Below the pieces are notes generated by a model. It saw only the letters and a list, made by a program, of their open reading frames with translations. It had not been told where the DNA came from and ran no database searches. A stretch of 64,000 nucleotides of DNA from Candidatus Magasanikiibacteriota bacterium (GTDB lineage Bacteria; Patescibacteriota; Patescibacteriia; Magasanikbacterales; UBA922): contig DMXO01000005.1 of NCBI GenBank assembly GCA_003482855.1, positions 227,719 through 291,718 of the forward strand. Reading direction: 5' to 3'. The first letter of the stretch is position 1. Each line of letters begins with the position of its first letter. Position numbers and translations under genes: made by a program. Of the stretch, positions 51,401-61,182 are shown piece after piece.

Positions 51401-51431
51401 CAAAGAAATTTGTGAATTTAGGCAATTATAA
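48420..51431 (+). CDS. UvrD/PcrA-like helicase fused to PD-(D/E)XK nuclease with Fe-S cysteines (AdnA/B- or AddA-like)
   Basis: AGAGTGKT, DEFQD, GDDDQSIY, 'TVHAAKGLEF', 'EERRLFYVAITRA'; then 'CP', 'GRIDRID', 'IDYKT', 'CAYCDFKEIC'. Confidence 0.93.
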   Translation: MTNYNLNVSQKQAIEYTDGPLLIIAGAGTGKTTVITQKIAYLIEQKFATPEQILALTFTDKAAGEMQGRVDEMMDIGYVDLQISTFHAFCQRLLEEYGLEIGLPNKFKLLTLTDAWLLMREHVYDFNLDYYRPLGNPNKHIHTLLDHFSKCKDELVSPKSYIEYAEGLAMDSDSAQILEKNKTVELAHAYHQYNQLLLDKESLDFGDIIFYCVKLLQERPNILKLLQERFKYILIDEFQDVNWAQYQLIRLLANKNSQLTVVGDDDQSIYAFRGSNVSIIMRFKEDYPDAKEIVLTENYRSKQEILDFAYASIQNNNPDRLEQKLGVNKKLLSGVQVEKIKSQKNVEHLHFQTLDDEVVGVIKKISEIKEQSRLVSWDDFAILVRANSHVEPFANALESHNIPYEYLASSGLYRQPIVLDAIGFLNSIEHIHDDRAIYRLLRMPFLQMKEDDLQKLTAMAKKKSIAYYEALKRSREFYLSMEGTNVCEKLISLFHEGMRHSRFEKPTSVLYQFLENSGYLSYLTHEEGRGNKEIIRQIHHLKQLFDLIRNYEEVMPGAHVAGFVEHYNYIIESGDGGKMYQPTDTPNSVNILTVHAAKGLEFKYVFVVNLVEERFPSRNRGGDIELPDELVKELSNGGHNFHYQEERRLFYVAITRAKEKLFLTSADDYGGSRKKKISRFLDEVGFETNKQRTTNNEQRSGLLNKKISYISALPAGRQYPISSKTRNQSNELPKIIQDTFSYSQINSYERCPYQYKLAHVLKIPMKGSASFSFGNTIHNTLQTFYERIQELNRAKQSSLFGLPVEAPRIKGDGIQVPTLEELLDDYEKAWIPDWYKSKQQRESYYQKGKEILKVFYASEQNSWSIPVSLEGWFKIKVGEYLVNGRIDRIDKQLDGSLEIIDYKTGSAKETLTSEDKQQLIIYQIAAQSLSEYNHIGPVGKLTFYYVNDNIKTSFLGENKDIEKLKGKLINVITQIQGGDFAATPGKHVCAYCDFKEICEFRQL
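50488..50569 (+). repeat. (AACAACG)4 plus CTGCC(T)TGCCGGCAGGCAG palindrome in the helicase-nuclease linker
   Basis: Four exact heptamers at 50488-50515; near-perfect palindrome at 50551-50569 encoding LPAGRQ. Confidence 0.9.
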
Positions 51432-51435
51432 ATAT

Positions 51436-51957
51436 ATGATTATATTATTCTGGGCTGCAACTATTATATTTACTATTGTGTATGCAGGTATTTTATTTTA
51501 TCTTTTGTATGCGCTGTATGCCATGATTAGTGGGGCGCCATTTGTACCTACGAGCCATGAAAAGGTGAAAAAAATGATTGATATGGTAGACCTCAAAGAA
51601 CATGAACGTTTCATAGATCTTGGTTCTGGAGATGGCAGGCTTGTTTTAGCTGCGACACAACATTGTAAGCATGCGACAGGCGTAGAGATTAGTCCATTAC
51701 TATACTGGACTAGTCGGACACAACAATTGAGAAAGCATATAAAAAATGCAACATTTATACGAGATACACTATGGAATATTGACCTGGCATCGTATGATGT
51801 TGTATCAATTTATTTTATTCCACACTGGATGAAAAAACTTGAAAAAAAAATAAAACAGGAAATGAAGCCCGGGAGTCGTATCATCTCCCATGCCTTTACA
51901 TTTCCTGGGTGGCGTTATCAGAAAAAAGATGATACTATATATATGTACTATGTATAA
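51436..51957 (+). CDS. Membrane-anchored class I SAM-dependent methyltransferase
   Basis: 'GAPFVPT', 'DLGSGDGRLV', 'MKPGSRIISHAF'. Confidence 0.88.
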   Translation: MIILFWAATIIFTIVYAGILFYLLYALYAMISGAPFVPTSHEKVKKMIDMVDLKEHERFIDLGSGDGRLVLAATQHCKHATGVEISPLLYWTSRTQQLRKHIKNATFIRDTLWNIDLASYDVVSIYFIPHWMKKLEKKIKQEMKPGSRIISHAFTFPGWRYQKKDDTIYMYYV

Positions 51958-51965
51958 TACATACT

Positions 51966-52265
51966 ATGCCTTTTTCACCACTGGGAAATACACTTCATAA
52001 CAACAAAAGCAAAAAAAGTGAGGACAAAAATCATCACGTAGACGATCTTATTATTCATGCTGCCACACAGACATTCGAAGAGATGTATGGAAAAGAAATA
52101 TCCCAGGCTGCTAAGCCTTTATTTCTCAAGAATAGAACGCTTACTGTGAGTTGTTCAAATTCGGAGATAGCACAAAAAATACGCGAAAATCAGACAGAAA
52201 TCGTAGAGAAAATTAACCATGTACTCGGTAAAAATGAGGTAGATAGAATACGATATTTAGCCTAA
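51966..52265 (+). CDS. DciA/DUF721-family protein
   Basis: 'LKNRTLTV.C.NS..AQ.I......I.EKIN..LG...V.RIR'. Confidence 0.75.
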   Translation: MPFSPLGNTLHNNKSKKSEDKNHHVDDLIIHAATQTFEEMYGKEISQAAKPLFLKNRTLTVSCSNSEIAQKIRENQTEIVEKINHVLGKNEVDRIRYLA

Positions 52266-52338
52266 ATACTACCCTTGCAAAGAGGATACAAACATAGTAC
52301 AATTGGTAATAGCTGTCGGGAGCTATTTTTGCTTTTTT

Positions 52339-52755
52339 ATGACTTTACGACAATATATTTTTACTATGGTTTTTGCCACAGTCTTGTGCTGGATTTCTTG
52401 GGTTTTTGTCATATCAAATGTGGATCCATTCCAGACTACAATGCTGGGTTTTGTTTTTTTCTATGCAAGTCTTTATCTTGCACTGCTTGGTACTATTTCA
52501 CTTGTTATATTTTTTTGTTACAAATTATTTGCTTCACGGGATTTACCATTGTTCCGTTATGTGCAGATTAGTTCTCGACAGTCATTATTTATCTCGACTT
52601 TTTTGGTCATCTGTCTGTATTTACAGGGTCAGCAGTATCTGAATATATGGAATGCGTTATTATTAATGGCTATTTTTATATTATTTATTTCTTTTAGCCT
52701 TTCAGTCAAACACGGATCCAAACAAACCCATGCACCTACCGAAGGTCATAACTAA
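52339..52755 (+). CDS. 4-TM hypothetical membrane protein
   Basis: Four hydrophobic segments; co-oriented. Confidence 0.75.
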   Translation: MTLRQYIFTMVFATVLCWISWVFVISNVDPFQTTMLGFVFFYASLYLALLGTISLVIFFCYKLFASRDLPLFRYVQISSRQSLFISTFLVICLYLQGQQYLNIWNALLLMAIFILFISFSLSVKHGSKQTHAPTEGHN

Positions 52756-52767
52756 TTGTTTTAATTA

Positions 52768-54006
52768 ATGTATATGCGCCAATCACATTTATTTACCAAA
52801 ACACGAAAAGACATACCATCTGATGAAATTTCCAAAAATGCAGAACTTTTGATACGCGGTGGTTTTATCCATAAAGAAATGGCAGGCGTATATGCATATT
52901 TACCACTCGGCTTGCGCGTCCTCAACAAAATTAATGACATCATTAGAGACGAGATCAATGTCATTGGCGGGCAAGAGCTTTTTTTGACCACTTTACAAAA
53001 TAAAGATACATGGGAAAAAACAGGACGATGGGATGACAACGTAGTTGATAATTGGTTCAAGACACAGCTTAAAAGTGGCACTGAGATGGGTCTCGGGTTT
53101 ACTCATGAAGAAGCGTTGGCATCACTCATGAAAAATCATATTAATTCATACAAAGACTTACCTCGTTTTGTGTATCAAATTCAGACAAAGTTTAGAAATG
53201 AGGCTCGAGCAAAGAGCGGTATTTTGCGATGTCGAGAATTTTTGATGAAAGATTTATATTCTTTTACGCGCGATGAAAAGGATCTAGATGAATTTTATGA
53301 AAAAGCAAAGCAGGCTTACGTTAACATTTTTAAACGTGTCGGAATAGGTGACGAGACGTTTATAACATTTGCGAGTGGTGGGACATTTTCTAAGTATAGT
53401 CATGAATTTCAAACAGTATGTGATTCTGGTGAAGATATCATATTTTTATCACGAGAGAAAAATATAGCAGTAAACAAAGAAGTCTATACTGATGAAGTAC
53501 TCGCCGATTTAGGATTAAAAAAGAATGAACTTGAAGAAGCAAAAGCTATTGAGGTTGGGAATATTTTCAAACAAAAAACAAAATTTAGTGAACCGCTTGG
53601 TCTCACATACGCAGATGAAGATGGAAATGTTAAGCCAGTAATTATGGGTGCGTATGGTATTGGACCTGGTAGAGTACTCGGTACCATTGTAGAAGTCTAT
53701 CACGATGAAAAGGGGATTATATGGCCAGAGTCAGTCGCGCCATTCCATGTACACTTGATTTCACTTTGCAAAGGCGAAGAAATGAAAAAGGCTGATGAAT
53801 TATATGATATGCTTGTCAAAAAAGGAGTGGATGTATTATACGATGATCGAGAAGGAGTGAATGCTGGATCAAAATTCGCTGATAGTGATTTAATAGGCAT
53901 TCCGAAGCGTATTATAGTAAGTCAAAAAACCTTAGAAAAAAATTCTGTTGAAATTAAACACAGAAATGAAGAAAAAAGTGAATTAATTGGTATAGATCAA
54001 TTGTAA
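52768..54006 (+). CDS. proS: Proline--tRNA ligase (no editing domain)
   Basis: 'MRQS.LF', 'THEE', 'KFRNE.R...G.LR.REF.MKD.YSF', 'IEVGNIF', 'YGIG..R'. Confidence 0.96.
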   Translation: MYMRQSHLFTKTRKDIPSDEISKNAELLIRGGFIHKEMAGVYAYLPLGLRVLNKINDIIRDEINVIGGQELFLTTLQNKDTWEKTGRWDDNVVDNWFKTQLKSGTEMGLGFTHEEALASLMKNHINSYKDLPRFVYQIQTKFRNEARAKSGILRCREFLMKDLYSFTRDEKDLDEFYEKAKQAYVNIFKRVGIGDETFITFASGGTFSKYSHEFQTVCDSGEDIIFLSREKNIAVNKEVYTDEVLADLGLKKNELEEAKAIEVGNIFKQKTKFSEPLGLTYADEDGNVKPVIMGAYGIGPGRVLGTIVEVYHDEKGIIWPESVAPFHVHLISLCKGEEMKKADELYDMLVKKGVDVLYDDREGVNAGSKFADSDLIGIPKRIIVSQKTLEKNSVEIKHRNEEKSELIGIDQL

Positions 54007-54015
54007 AAGTATTAT

Positions 54016-55062
54016 ATGTTTGAAGCATTATTCAAAAAATTTGGCAAAGATATTGCGATCGATTTGGGTACTGCAAATACACTCGTGTATACCCCCGACA
54101 AAGGAATCGTGATAGAAGAACCATCTGTAGTTGCAGTGAATATAAAGACCGAACAAATACTTGCTGTAGGCCATGAAGCAAAACAAATGCTGGGGAAAAC
54201 CCCACCCCACATTCAAGTTACGCGTCCTTTAACTGAGGGCATCATATCAGATTATGAAGTGACTGAAAAAATGCTCAAGTATTTTATTGATAAAGTACAT
54301 CAGGATGGATTTTCTATAGCATCACGGCCGCGAGTCGTGATAGCAGTGCCTCTTGATGTGACTGAAGTCGAGATAAAGGCAGTGGAAGACGCGACACTTT
54401 CTGCAGGAGCGCGGGAAGTACATATTATTCAAGAACCTATGGCTGCAGCGATTGGTGCGCGCTTGCCAATTCAAGAGGCAGTAGGCAATATGATAGTGGA
54501 TGTGGGGGCAGGAAAGACGGAAATAGCTGTCATTTCTCTCAGTGGTGTCGTCACGTGGAAGTCTACACCCATTGCAGGAGACGAACTCAATCGAAATATT
54601 ATGCAATATGCACGCGAAGTATTTAATATTTTTGTAGGTGAAGCTCATGCCGAACAAATAAAAATAAAAGTAGGCTCTGCCATAGCCAACCATGCACATA
54701 TTGAGTTTCCTATGAAAGGAAGAGATGTCATCACTGGTTTACCAAAAGAGATTACTATCTCAAGTGAACATATTTATGAAGCTATTGAGCGTAGTATAAA
54801 AACGATTGTTGAATACGTGAAAATGACACTTGAAGTTACACCACCAGAACTTACTGCTGATATTCATGAAAGAGGACTCCTGCTTACTGGCGGTGGAGCT
54901 CTTCTCAAGGGTTTGGACTCTGTCATTTCTCATGCGGCTGAGATACCCGTGCGTATTGTCGATGATCCGCTTACTTCTGTTGTGCGTGGAGCAGGTATAC
55001 TTCTCGAAGATCAAGAACTTCTCAAACAAGTGACATTGCCATCTGCTCGAAGCAAATCATAA
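54016..55062 (+). CDS. mreB: Rod shape-determining protein MreB
   Basis: IDLGTANT, EPSVVA, EPMAAAIG, LTGGGALL. Confidence 0.97.
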   Translation: MFEALFKKFGKDIAIDLGTANTLVYTPDKGIVIEEPSVVAVNIKTEQILAVGHEAKQMLGKTPPHIQVTRPLTEGIISDYEVTEKMLKYFIDKVHQDGFSIASRPRVVIAVPLDVTEVEIKAVEDATLSAGAREVHIIQEPMAAAIGARLPIQEAVGNMIVDVGAGKTEIAVISLSGVVTWKSTPIAGDELNRNIMQYAREVFNIFVGEAHAEQIKIKVGSAIANHAHIEFPMKGRDVITGLPKEITISSEHIYEAIERSIKTIVEYVKMTLEVTPPELTADIHERGLLLTGGGALLKGLDSVISHAAEIPVRIVDDPLTSVVRGAGILLEDQELLKQVTLPSARSKS

Positions 55063-55086
55063 ATGGTTGGTAATTAATTATCATGT

Positions 55087-55902
55087 ATGGTACAGAAAAG
55101 AAAGACTTTTTTTGCGATTCTTATTATTATAGGTTTTGTCATAGGCCTACACATACTTCGTGTACTAACTCCTATAGAAAATATTTTTTCTTCAATTTTA
55201 CAATGGACTTCAAGACCATTTAATTCATTTGCCGCTTATTTACATACACGCAAAGAAGTAAATACTGATATTGATCAGATGATTCAAGAAATTTTATCAC
55301 TTAAGCAATCGTTTAAACAAAATGAAGTGGATGCTGTTGCATTGCGTCTTCTCAAAGAAGAAAATGAGGAATTACGCAAACAATTAACTTTTTTTTCATC
55401 ACACAATTTTGAACATATCGGAGCTGATGTAATAGGTCGCACGGTAGACCCACTCGGGACTACTATTATTATAAATAGGGGCATACAAGATGGCATTTCA
55501 AAAGATAATCCAGTTGTTGTAGGGAATGGAATTTTGATAGGTAGTATTTTGAAAGTAGATAAACATAGTTCTATAGTACGGTTGATAAATGATAATAATA
55601 GCAAAATAGGAGCAACCATTATGAACAACGAAAAGAGTATCGGTTTGATTGAAGGAGGTTATGGACTTGGCGTACGCATGAATTTTATCCCACAAAATGA
55701 GATCATTTCTCCAGGGGATACTGTTATTACCTCAGGTCTTACGACAGGAGTGCCTCGAGGTCTTATCATTGGCAAGGTGGAAGTGGTCGAAAAGCATCCT
55801 TACGAACCTTTCCAACAGGCAGTAATAAATTCAACAGCAGATCTTGCTCATATCACTGCAGTAAGTGTCATCACGCAAGTTTTTATAGAGTCTGAAGGAT
55901 AA
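55087..55902 (+). CDS. mreC: Rod shape-determining protein MreC
   Basis: Coiled coil 'ENEELR'; 'INRG'; 'GD.V.TSG...P.GL.IG'. Confidence 0.92.
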   Translation: MVQKRKTFFAILIIIGFVIGLHILRVLTPIENIFSSILQWTSRPFNSFAAYLHTRKEVNTDIDQMIQEILSLKQSFKQNEVDAVALRLLKEENEELRKQLTFFSSHNFEHIGADVIGRTVDPLGTTIIINRGIQDGISKDNPVVVGNGILIGSILKVDKHSSIVRLINDNNSKIGATIMNNEKSIGLIEGGYGLGVRMNFIPQNEIISPGDTVITSGLTTGVPRGLIIGKVEVVEKHPYEPFQQAVINSTADLAHITAVSVITQVFIESEG

Positions 55903-55906
55903 TTTT

Positions 55907-56413
55907 ATGAAAAAAATAATTGATGTACTACTGTCTATTTTTCTATCTTTTTTATTAGTAATCTTGCATATAGCTTTTTTGAATATACTTCCTTCCCCAT
56001 TAAACGCACTGAATACTATTTTTAGTATAATAGTATTACTTATTATTGTGACAAATTCAGGAAAGGTTGTATGGATATCCTTCTTTGTCTATTTTCTTTT
56101 GGATATATATAGTTCGACGCCATTCGGTACGAATCTCTTTGCAGGCACCTTAACTACTCTTGTTATATACTGGTTCCATAAGGATATTTTTACCAACCAG
56201 TCATTGTTATCAACTTTCGTAATAACTGCGGCTGGTCTCGTAGTATTCCGTCTTATGTATACATGTATAAATTTATTTTATAAAGATTTTTTATGGTCTG
56301 ATCTATTTATTGCATATGGCTGGGAAATTGTCTGCACGGTTATTGTTGCTCTCATATTGCATACACTATTTTTCATAATTTCAAAAAAGATGAGGCCGTC
56401 TTTCATTAAATAA
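55907..56413 (+). CDS. mreD: MreD-like membrane protein
   Basis: Five TM; 'LDIYS..PFG'; between mreC and mrdA. Confidence 0.75.
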   Translation: MKKIIDVLLSIFLSFLLVILHIAFLNILPSPLNALNTIFSIIVLLIIVTNSGKVVWISFFVYFLLDIYSSTPFGTNLFAGTLTTLVIYWFHKDIFTNQSLLSTFVITAAGLVVFRLMYTCINLFYKDFLWSDLFIAYGWEIVCTVIVALILHTLFFIISKKMRPSFIK

Positions 56414-56415
56414 AT

Positions 56416-58431
56416 ATGAACAATGAAGTAGATCCTTTTTTGATTATCTCAAAAAAAAACTCTAATAGATTGGATGGCAAGTTTAGATTGTCTTGGACAG
56501 AGGATTGTTTTGATGTACATGGTACTTCACAAAAAACAGATGTGTTGGATTCCGGCACATCTCATATCGGTAGCAGTTTCACTACAAAAAAAGTTTTTTT
56601 TATTCTTATTGTTATAGCTTTGAGCATCTCTGTTGTAGTTGGTAGATTGATGTATCTACAAATTTTGCAAGGAGATACTTTTAGAAATCTCGCTGAAGGT
56701 AACCGACAGAGGATAATTCCTATACCTTCTGAGCGAGGGCTTGTGTTTGATAGAAATGATGTGCAAATAACACAAAATATACCAAATTTTTCGCTTGCTG
56801 TTATTCCACAAGATCTACCCAAAAAAAATGAAGAACTTGTGAAAGTAATTGTTGAACTTGCTGATATTGTAAATAAAAATGTTGAGGAAATTGCTGAAAT
56901 CATACATAAGTATAGTAATTATCAGCGCGATTCCATTATTATACAAGAGGATATACCATATGAAATGGCACTTAAAATTCAAATAGCAACAGCTGATTTG
57001 CCTGGGATCTATGTACAAAGGGGAAGTAAACGTCTCTATACACCCCAAGGGATTGTAACCTCTACAATACCTGTAGTAGAAGAATCACTTACAGTACACA
57101 ACGATAACTCTTTGTCGCATATTTTGGGATATGTTGGAAAATTATCCCCAGAGGAAGTCAAGGAGAATTATAATAAAGGATATCTGCCGTCTGATTCTAT
57201 AGGAAAAACAGGGGTAGAAAAAACATATGAACAATATTTACGCGGTATATATGGTAGAAGGACAATAGAAGTAAATTCTCGAGGAAAAGAACAATCTGTA
57301 TTGGCAGAAGAATCACCTAACTCAGGTTCACATATCAAATTAAACATTGACATCAATATACAAGCAAAACTTGAGGAAATCCTACAAAATACACTTGATA
57401 AAATACAAAAAAAACGCGCTTCTGCTGTTGCCATGAATCCACAAAATGGTGAAATTCTAGCACTTGTAAGTTTACCCGGATTTGATAACAATGATTTTTC
57501 TGGAGGAATAGATGCTGGTGCCTACACAAGATATATAGAAGATGAAAATAAGCCTCTTTTTAACAGAGCTATAGCAGGTGCATACCCATCTGGTTCAGTG
57601 ATCAAACCATCCATAGCATCTGCTGCTTTGGAAGAAAAAATAATAACCCCATACACTACCGTGAACAGTGTCGGGGGTATCAACGTGGGTCAATGGTTTT
57701 TTCCTGATTGGAAAGCGGGGGGGCATGGCACCACAGATGTACGCAAATCAATCGCATGGTCGGTAAATACATTCTATTACACCATAGGTGGGGGATATGG
57801 AAATATACCAGGTTTGGGAGTGACAAAAATGACGGAGTATTTCAAAAAATACGGTTTGGGAAGTGAGTTGGGTATTGATATACCCGGTGAAGCCGAGGGA
57901 TTTGTACCATCTCCAGAATGGAAAGAAAAAGTAAAAAAAGAACCTTGGTATATTGGTGATACATACAACTTATCAATCGGACAAGGTGACCTGCTCGTCA
58001 CTCCATTACAAATAACGGCCATAACTTCCGCTATTTCAAATGGAGGAATTTTATACGAGCCACATGTCGTGCACAGCATTATAGACCCAATCACAAAAGA
58101 AGAAACCATAGCAGACTCAAAGATACTTAATGAAAATTTTATTCATAAAGAAAACTTAGAAACGATAAAACTTGGTATGAAGGATTGTGTTGAAGAAGGA
58201 TCTTGCTGGGATTTGAACAGATTGCCATTTCGATCCGGTGGAAAAACAGGCACTGCACAGTGGAGTAGCACCAAAGACACCCATGCGTGGTTTACTGCCT
58301 TTGCACCTTTTGAAAAACCGGAGATTGCTATTACTATCATGGTAGAAGAGGGCGGGGAAGGTGGTTGGGTTTCAGAGCCTGCAGGTGCTAACTTCTTGCA
58401 ATGGTGGGCAACATACAGATACAAGAATTAA
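56416..58431 (+). CDS. mrdA: Penicillin-binding protein 2
   Basis: 'RG.V.DRN', 'GK.GVE', SVIK, SVN, KTGTAQ. Confidence 0.95.
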   Translation: MNNEVDPFLIISKKNSNRLDGKFRLSWTEDCFDVHGTSQKTDVLDSGTSHIGSSFTTKKVFFILIVIALSISVVVGRLMYLQILQGDTFRNLAEGNRQRIIPIPSERGLVFDRNDVQITQNIPNFSLAVIPQDLPKKNEELVKVIVELADIVNKNVEEIAEIIHKYSNYQRDSIIIQEDIPYEMALKIQIATADLPGIYVQRGSKRLYTPQGIVTSTIPVVEESLTVHNDNSLSHILGYVGKLSPEEVKENYNKGYLPSDSIGKTGVEKTYEQYLRGIYGRRTIEVNSRGKEQSVLAEESPNSGSHIKLNIDINIQAKLEEILQNTLDKIQKKRASAVAMNPQNGEILALVSLPGFDNNDFSGGIDAGAYTRYIEDENKPLFNRAIAGAYPSGSVIKPSIASAALEEKIITPYTTVNSVGGINVGQWFFPDWKAGGHGTTDVRKSIAWSVNTFYYTIGGGYGNIPGLGVTKMTEYFKKYGLGSELGIDIPGEAEGFVPSPEWKEKVKKEPWYIGDTYNLSIGQGDLLVTPLQITAITSAISNGGILYEPHVVHSIIDPITKEETIADSKILNENFIHKENLETIKLGMKDCVEEGSCWDLNRLPFRSGGKTGTAQWSSTKDTHAWFTAFAPFEKPEIAITIMVEEGGEGGWVSEPAGANFLQWWATYRYKN

Positions 58432-58449
58432 GTAAATGTGGATAAATAT

Positions 58450-58477
58450 TTGACGTTACATACGAGCATGTTATACT
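58450..58477 (+). promoter_or_regulatory. Promoter of greA
   Basis: TTGACG-16-TATACT with extended TG. Confidence 0.6.
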
Positions 58478-58528
58478 ACGTACTAACCGCTTTGGAGCGG
58501 TACTTATTTTTTTATAGTTTGTCATATT

Positions 58529-58993
58529 ATGATGATGGAAGATACACAATACATGAGTCAAGATAAATTGGACCAGCTCAAAGCAGAGTACAGTGATCTT
58601 AAATTAGAAAAAATATCTGCTATAGCCAAACGTATTGATGAAGCAAGACAGCTGGGTGATTTGTCTGAAAATGCTGAGTATCATGCCGCCCGAGACGAAA
58701 TGGCATGGGCGCAAAGCAGAGTAAAAGAGCTAGAACATATTATTGATAGCGCTGAAATTGTTGCAAATACAGGGAGCAAAATAATACAAATAGGATCTTC
58801 CATCCGCGTAAAGGCTAACAAGGTAGAAAAGGAATATACTATTGTAGGAGCCCAGGAAGCCAATCCACTAGCTGGAAAAATATCAAATGAATCACCCATC
58901 GGTAGTGCTTTTTTGGGCAAAAGTAAGGGAGATAAAGTACAAGTGCGACTACCGGCAGGGGTTCAGGAATACAAAATTTTGGATGTAAAATAA
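58529..58993 (+). CDS. greA: Transcription elongation factor GreA
   Basis: GDLSENAEY; 'ISNESPIG.A'. Confidence 0.97.
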   Translation: MMMEDTQYMSQDKLDQLKAEYSDLKLEKISAIAKRIDEARQLGDLSENAEYHAARDEMAWAQSRVKELEHIIDSAEIVANTGSKIIQIGSSIRVKANKVEKEYTIVGAQEANPLAGKISNESPIGSAFLGKSKGDKVQVRLPAGVQEYKILDVK

Positions 58994-59013
58994 GCTTATT
59001 TCTATATACTACA

Positions 59014-59040
59014 ACCCCCGTAAGGGGGTATTTGTATTTT
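59014..59040 (+). terminator. Terminator after greA
   Basis: ACCCCC-GTAA-GGGGGT with T-rich tail. Confidence 0.65.
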
Positions 59041-59095
59041 TATCATGAATTTGATACAATAACCTCATATTTAAGCCAATTTATAGACTTACTTT

Positions 59096-61171
59096 ATGAC
59101 TAATACAACAGAAGTCAATATAAATGATGAACGAAAAATTAGACTAAAAAAAATAGAAGACCTAAAGACAATGGGGATCAATCCTTATCCAGCTCATTGC
59201 GATACACACGAAACTATCAAGCACGCGCTAAATCTACCACAAGGATCTGCTGTCAAAACAGTAGGGCGCCTCATGACAAAACGTGAAATGGGCAAATTAA
59301 CTTTCTGCCATTTACAAGATGAGACAGATAAAATTCAAATTGCTTTTAAACAGGATGAATTGGGGTCAGACAATTATAAATTATTCACTAAAAAAATTGA
59401 TACGGGCGATATTATCTTTGTGGATGGCGAACGATTTGTCACTCATAAAGGAGAGGAATCTATACTTGTCAAAAAATGGATGATTCTTTCAAAGGCATTA
59501 CTGCCATTGCCAGATAAATTTCATGGTTTGCAAAAAGAAGAATTGCGTCTGCGAAAAAGATATCTTGATTTACTTTTGAGTCCAGAAATTAGAGACATAT
59601 TTTACAAAAAAGCGAAATTTTGGGACGTCACAAGAAGCTTTATGAAAGCAAAAGGATTTTTTGAAGTTGAAACCCCTTACCTTGAGACGACGACTGGAGG
59701 GGCAGAAGCGACTCCATTTGCAACACATCACAATGACTTCGACTTAGATGTCTATCTTCGTATTTCAGTAGGAGAACTTTGGCAAAAACGTTTGATGGCA
59801 GCTGGATTTGAAAAGACTTTTGAAATAGGAAGAGTTTTCCGTAATGAAGGATCTAGCCCTGACCACTTACAGGAATTTACTAACATGGAATTTTATTGGG
59901 CGTATGCCAATTATAATGACGGCATGAAATTAGCTCAAGAATTATACCAACAGATTGCCACAGAGGTATTTGGGACTACAAAATTTAAAACGAAAGAATA
60001 CGAATATAATTTAGCAGGAGAATGGCCTCGCATTGATTATACCGACGAAATTAAAAAGCAAACAGGAATTGATACCACACATGCAGATGAAGAGGAAATG
60101 AAAGAAAAGCTTCAAAAATTACATGTATCCTACGAGGGAGATAACAGAGAACGTCTCACAGACACATTATGGAAATACTGCAGACGCAATATTGCCGGTC
60201 CAGCTTTTCTGATTAACCATCCAAAACTTATCTCGCCACTTGCAAAAGCGCGCCCAGAAAATCTGCTAACTACTGAACGTTTTCAAATTATCATTGCGGG
60301 TAGTGAAGTAGGTAATGGATATTCAGAACTTAACGATCCTATAGATCAGCGTGCACGCTTTGAGTTGCAGCAAAAACTTATTGAAAAAGGGGATAGTGAA
60401 GCTATGATGCCTGATTGGGAATTTGTAGAAATGCTTGAGCATGGCATGCCACCAACATGCGGATTTGGTTTTGGCGAACGCTTATTTTCTTTCATGATAA
60501 ATAAACCTATACGTGAATCTGTTTTGTTTCCTCTTATGAAGCCAGAACAAAGTAATCCATCAATCCAAGCAAAGAAACAATATGGAAATCAGCATCTTCC
60601 GATTACACGTGATGAAGCGTTGTCATTTGTGAAAGAATATACCAAAAAAGAAGCAAATCTCAACCACTACCTCGAATCAGAGGCAGTCATGAGACATCTT
60701 GCTAGACGCCTCAGTGAAAATGAATCATATTGGGGTATGCTCGGACTTTTGCACGATATCGATTGGGAAATTACAGAGCATGATCCTACAGATCATCTTA
60801 CTGAAGCTCCAAATATTCTCAAAGCAAAAGGATTTAGTGAAGATTTTATACAAATTATTTTGTCGCATGGATATGGATTTGATTGTGCAGGATTGAAAGA
60901 CAAAAAAAGAACTGAAAAAATAGAGCATGCGCTTGCCTGCAGTGAAACTGTTACTGGTCTTATCTATGCCATTGCACTTATGCGTCCTGACAAAATAAAA
61001 AATTTAGAAATTTCCTCGGTAAAAAAGAAAATGAAAGACAAAAAATTTGCAGCAAATGTTGATAGGGATGTAATAAAAGAATGTGAGAAACTAGGTCTCA
61101 CCATTGATGAATTTTTACAAATTGCTATTAATGCCATGCGCGAAATATCTCATAATATTGGATTGATATAA
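59096..61171 (+). CDS. lysS: Lysine--tRNA ligase (class II) fused to a C-terminal HD domain
   Basis: OB fold, 'RKRYLDL', 'FRNEG', 'GMPPTCGFGFGERL...LFP.MKP'; then about 200 aa with 'H...LLHDID'. Confidence 0.95.
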   Translation: MTNTTEVNINDERKIRLKKIEDLKTMGINPYPAHCDTHETIKHALNLPQGSAVKTVGRLMTKREMGKLTFCHLQDETDKIQIAFKQDELGSDNYKLFTKKIDTGDIIFVDGERFVTHKGEESILVKKWMILSKALLPLPDKFHGLQKEELRLRKRYLDLLLSPEIRDIFYKKAKFWDVTRSFMKAKGFFEVETPYLETTTGGAEATPFATHHNDFDLDVYLRISVGELWQKRLMAAGFEKTFEIGRVFRNEGSSPDHLQEFTNMEFYWAYANYNDGMKLAQELYQQIATEVFGTTKFKTKEYEYNLAGEWPRIDYTDEIKKQTGIDTTHADEEEMKEKLQKLHVSYEGDNRERLTDTLWKYCRRNIAGPAFLINHPKLISPLAKARPENLLTTERFQIIIAGSEVGNGYSELNDPIDQRARFELQQKLIEKGDSEAMMPDWEFVEMLEHGMPPTCGFGFGERLFSFMINKPIRESVLFPLMKPEQSNPSIQAKKQYGNQHLPITRDEALSFVKEYTKKEANLNHYLESEAVMRHLARRLSENESYWGMLGLLHDIDWEITEHDPTDHLTEAPNILKAKGFSEDFIQIILSHGYGFDCAGLKDKKRTEKIEHALACSETVTGLIYAIALMRPDKIKNLEISSVKKKMKDKKFAANVDRDVIKECEKLGLTIDEFLQIAINAMREISHNIGLI

Positions 61172-61182
61172 CGAGATCTCAT

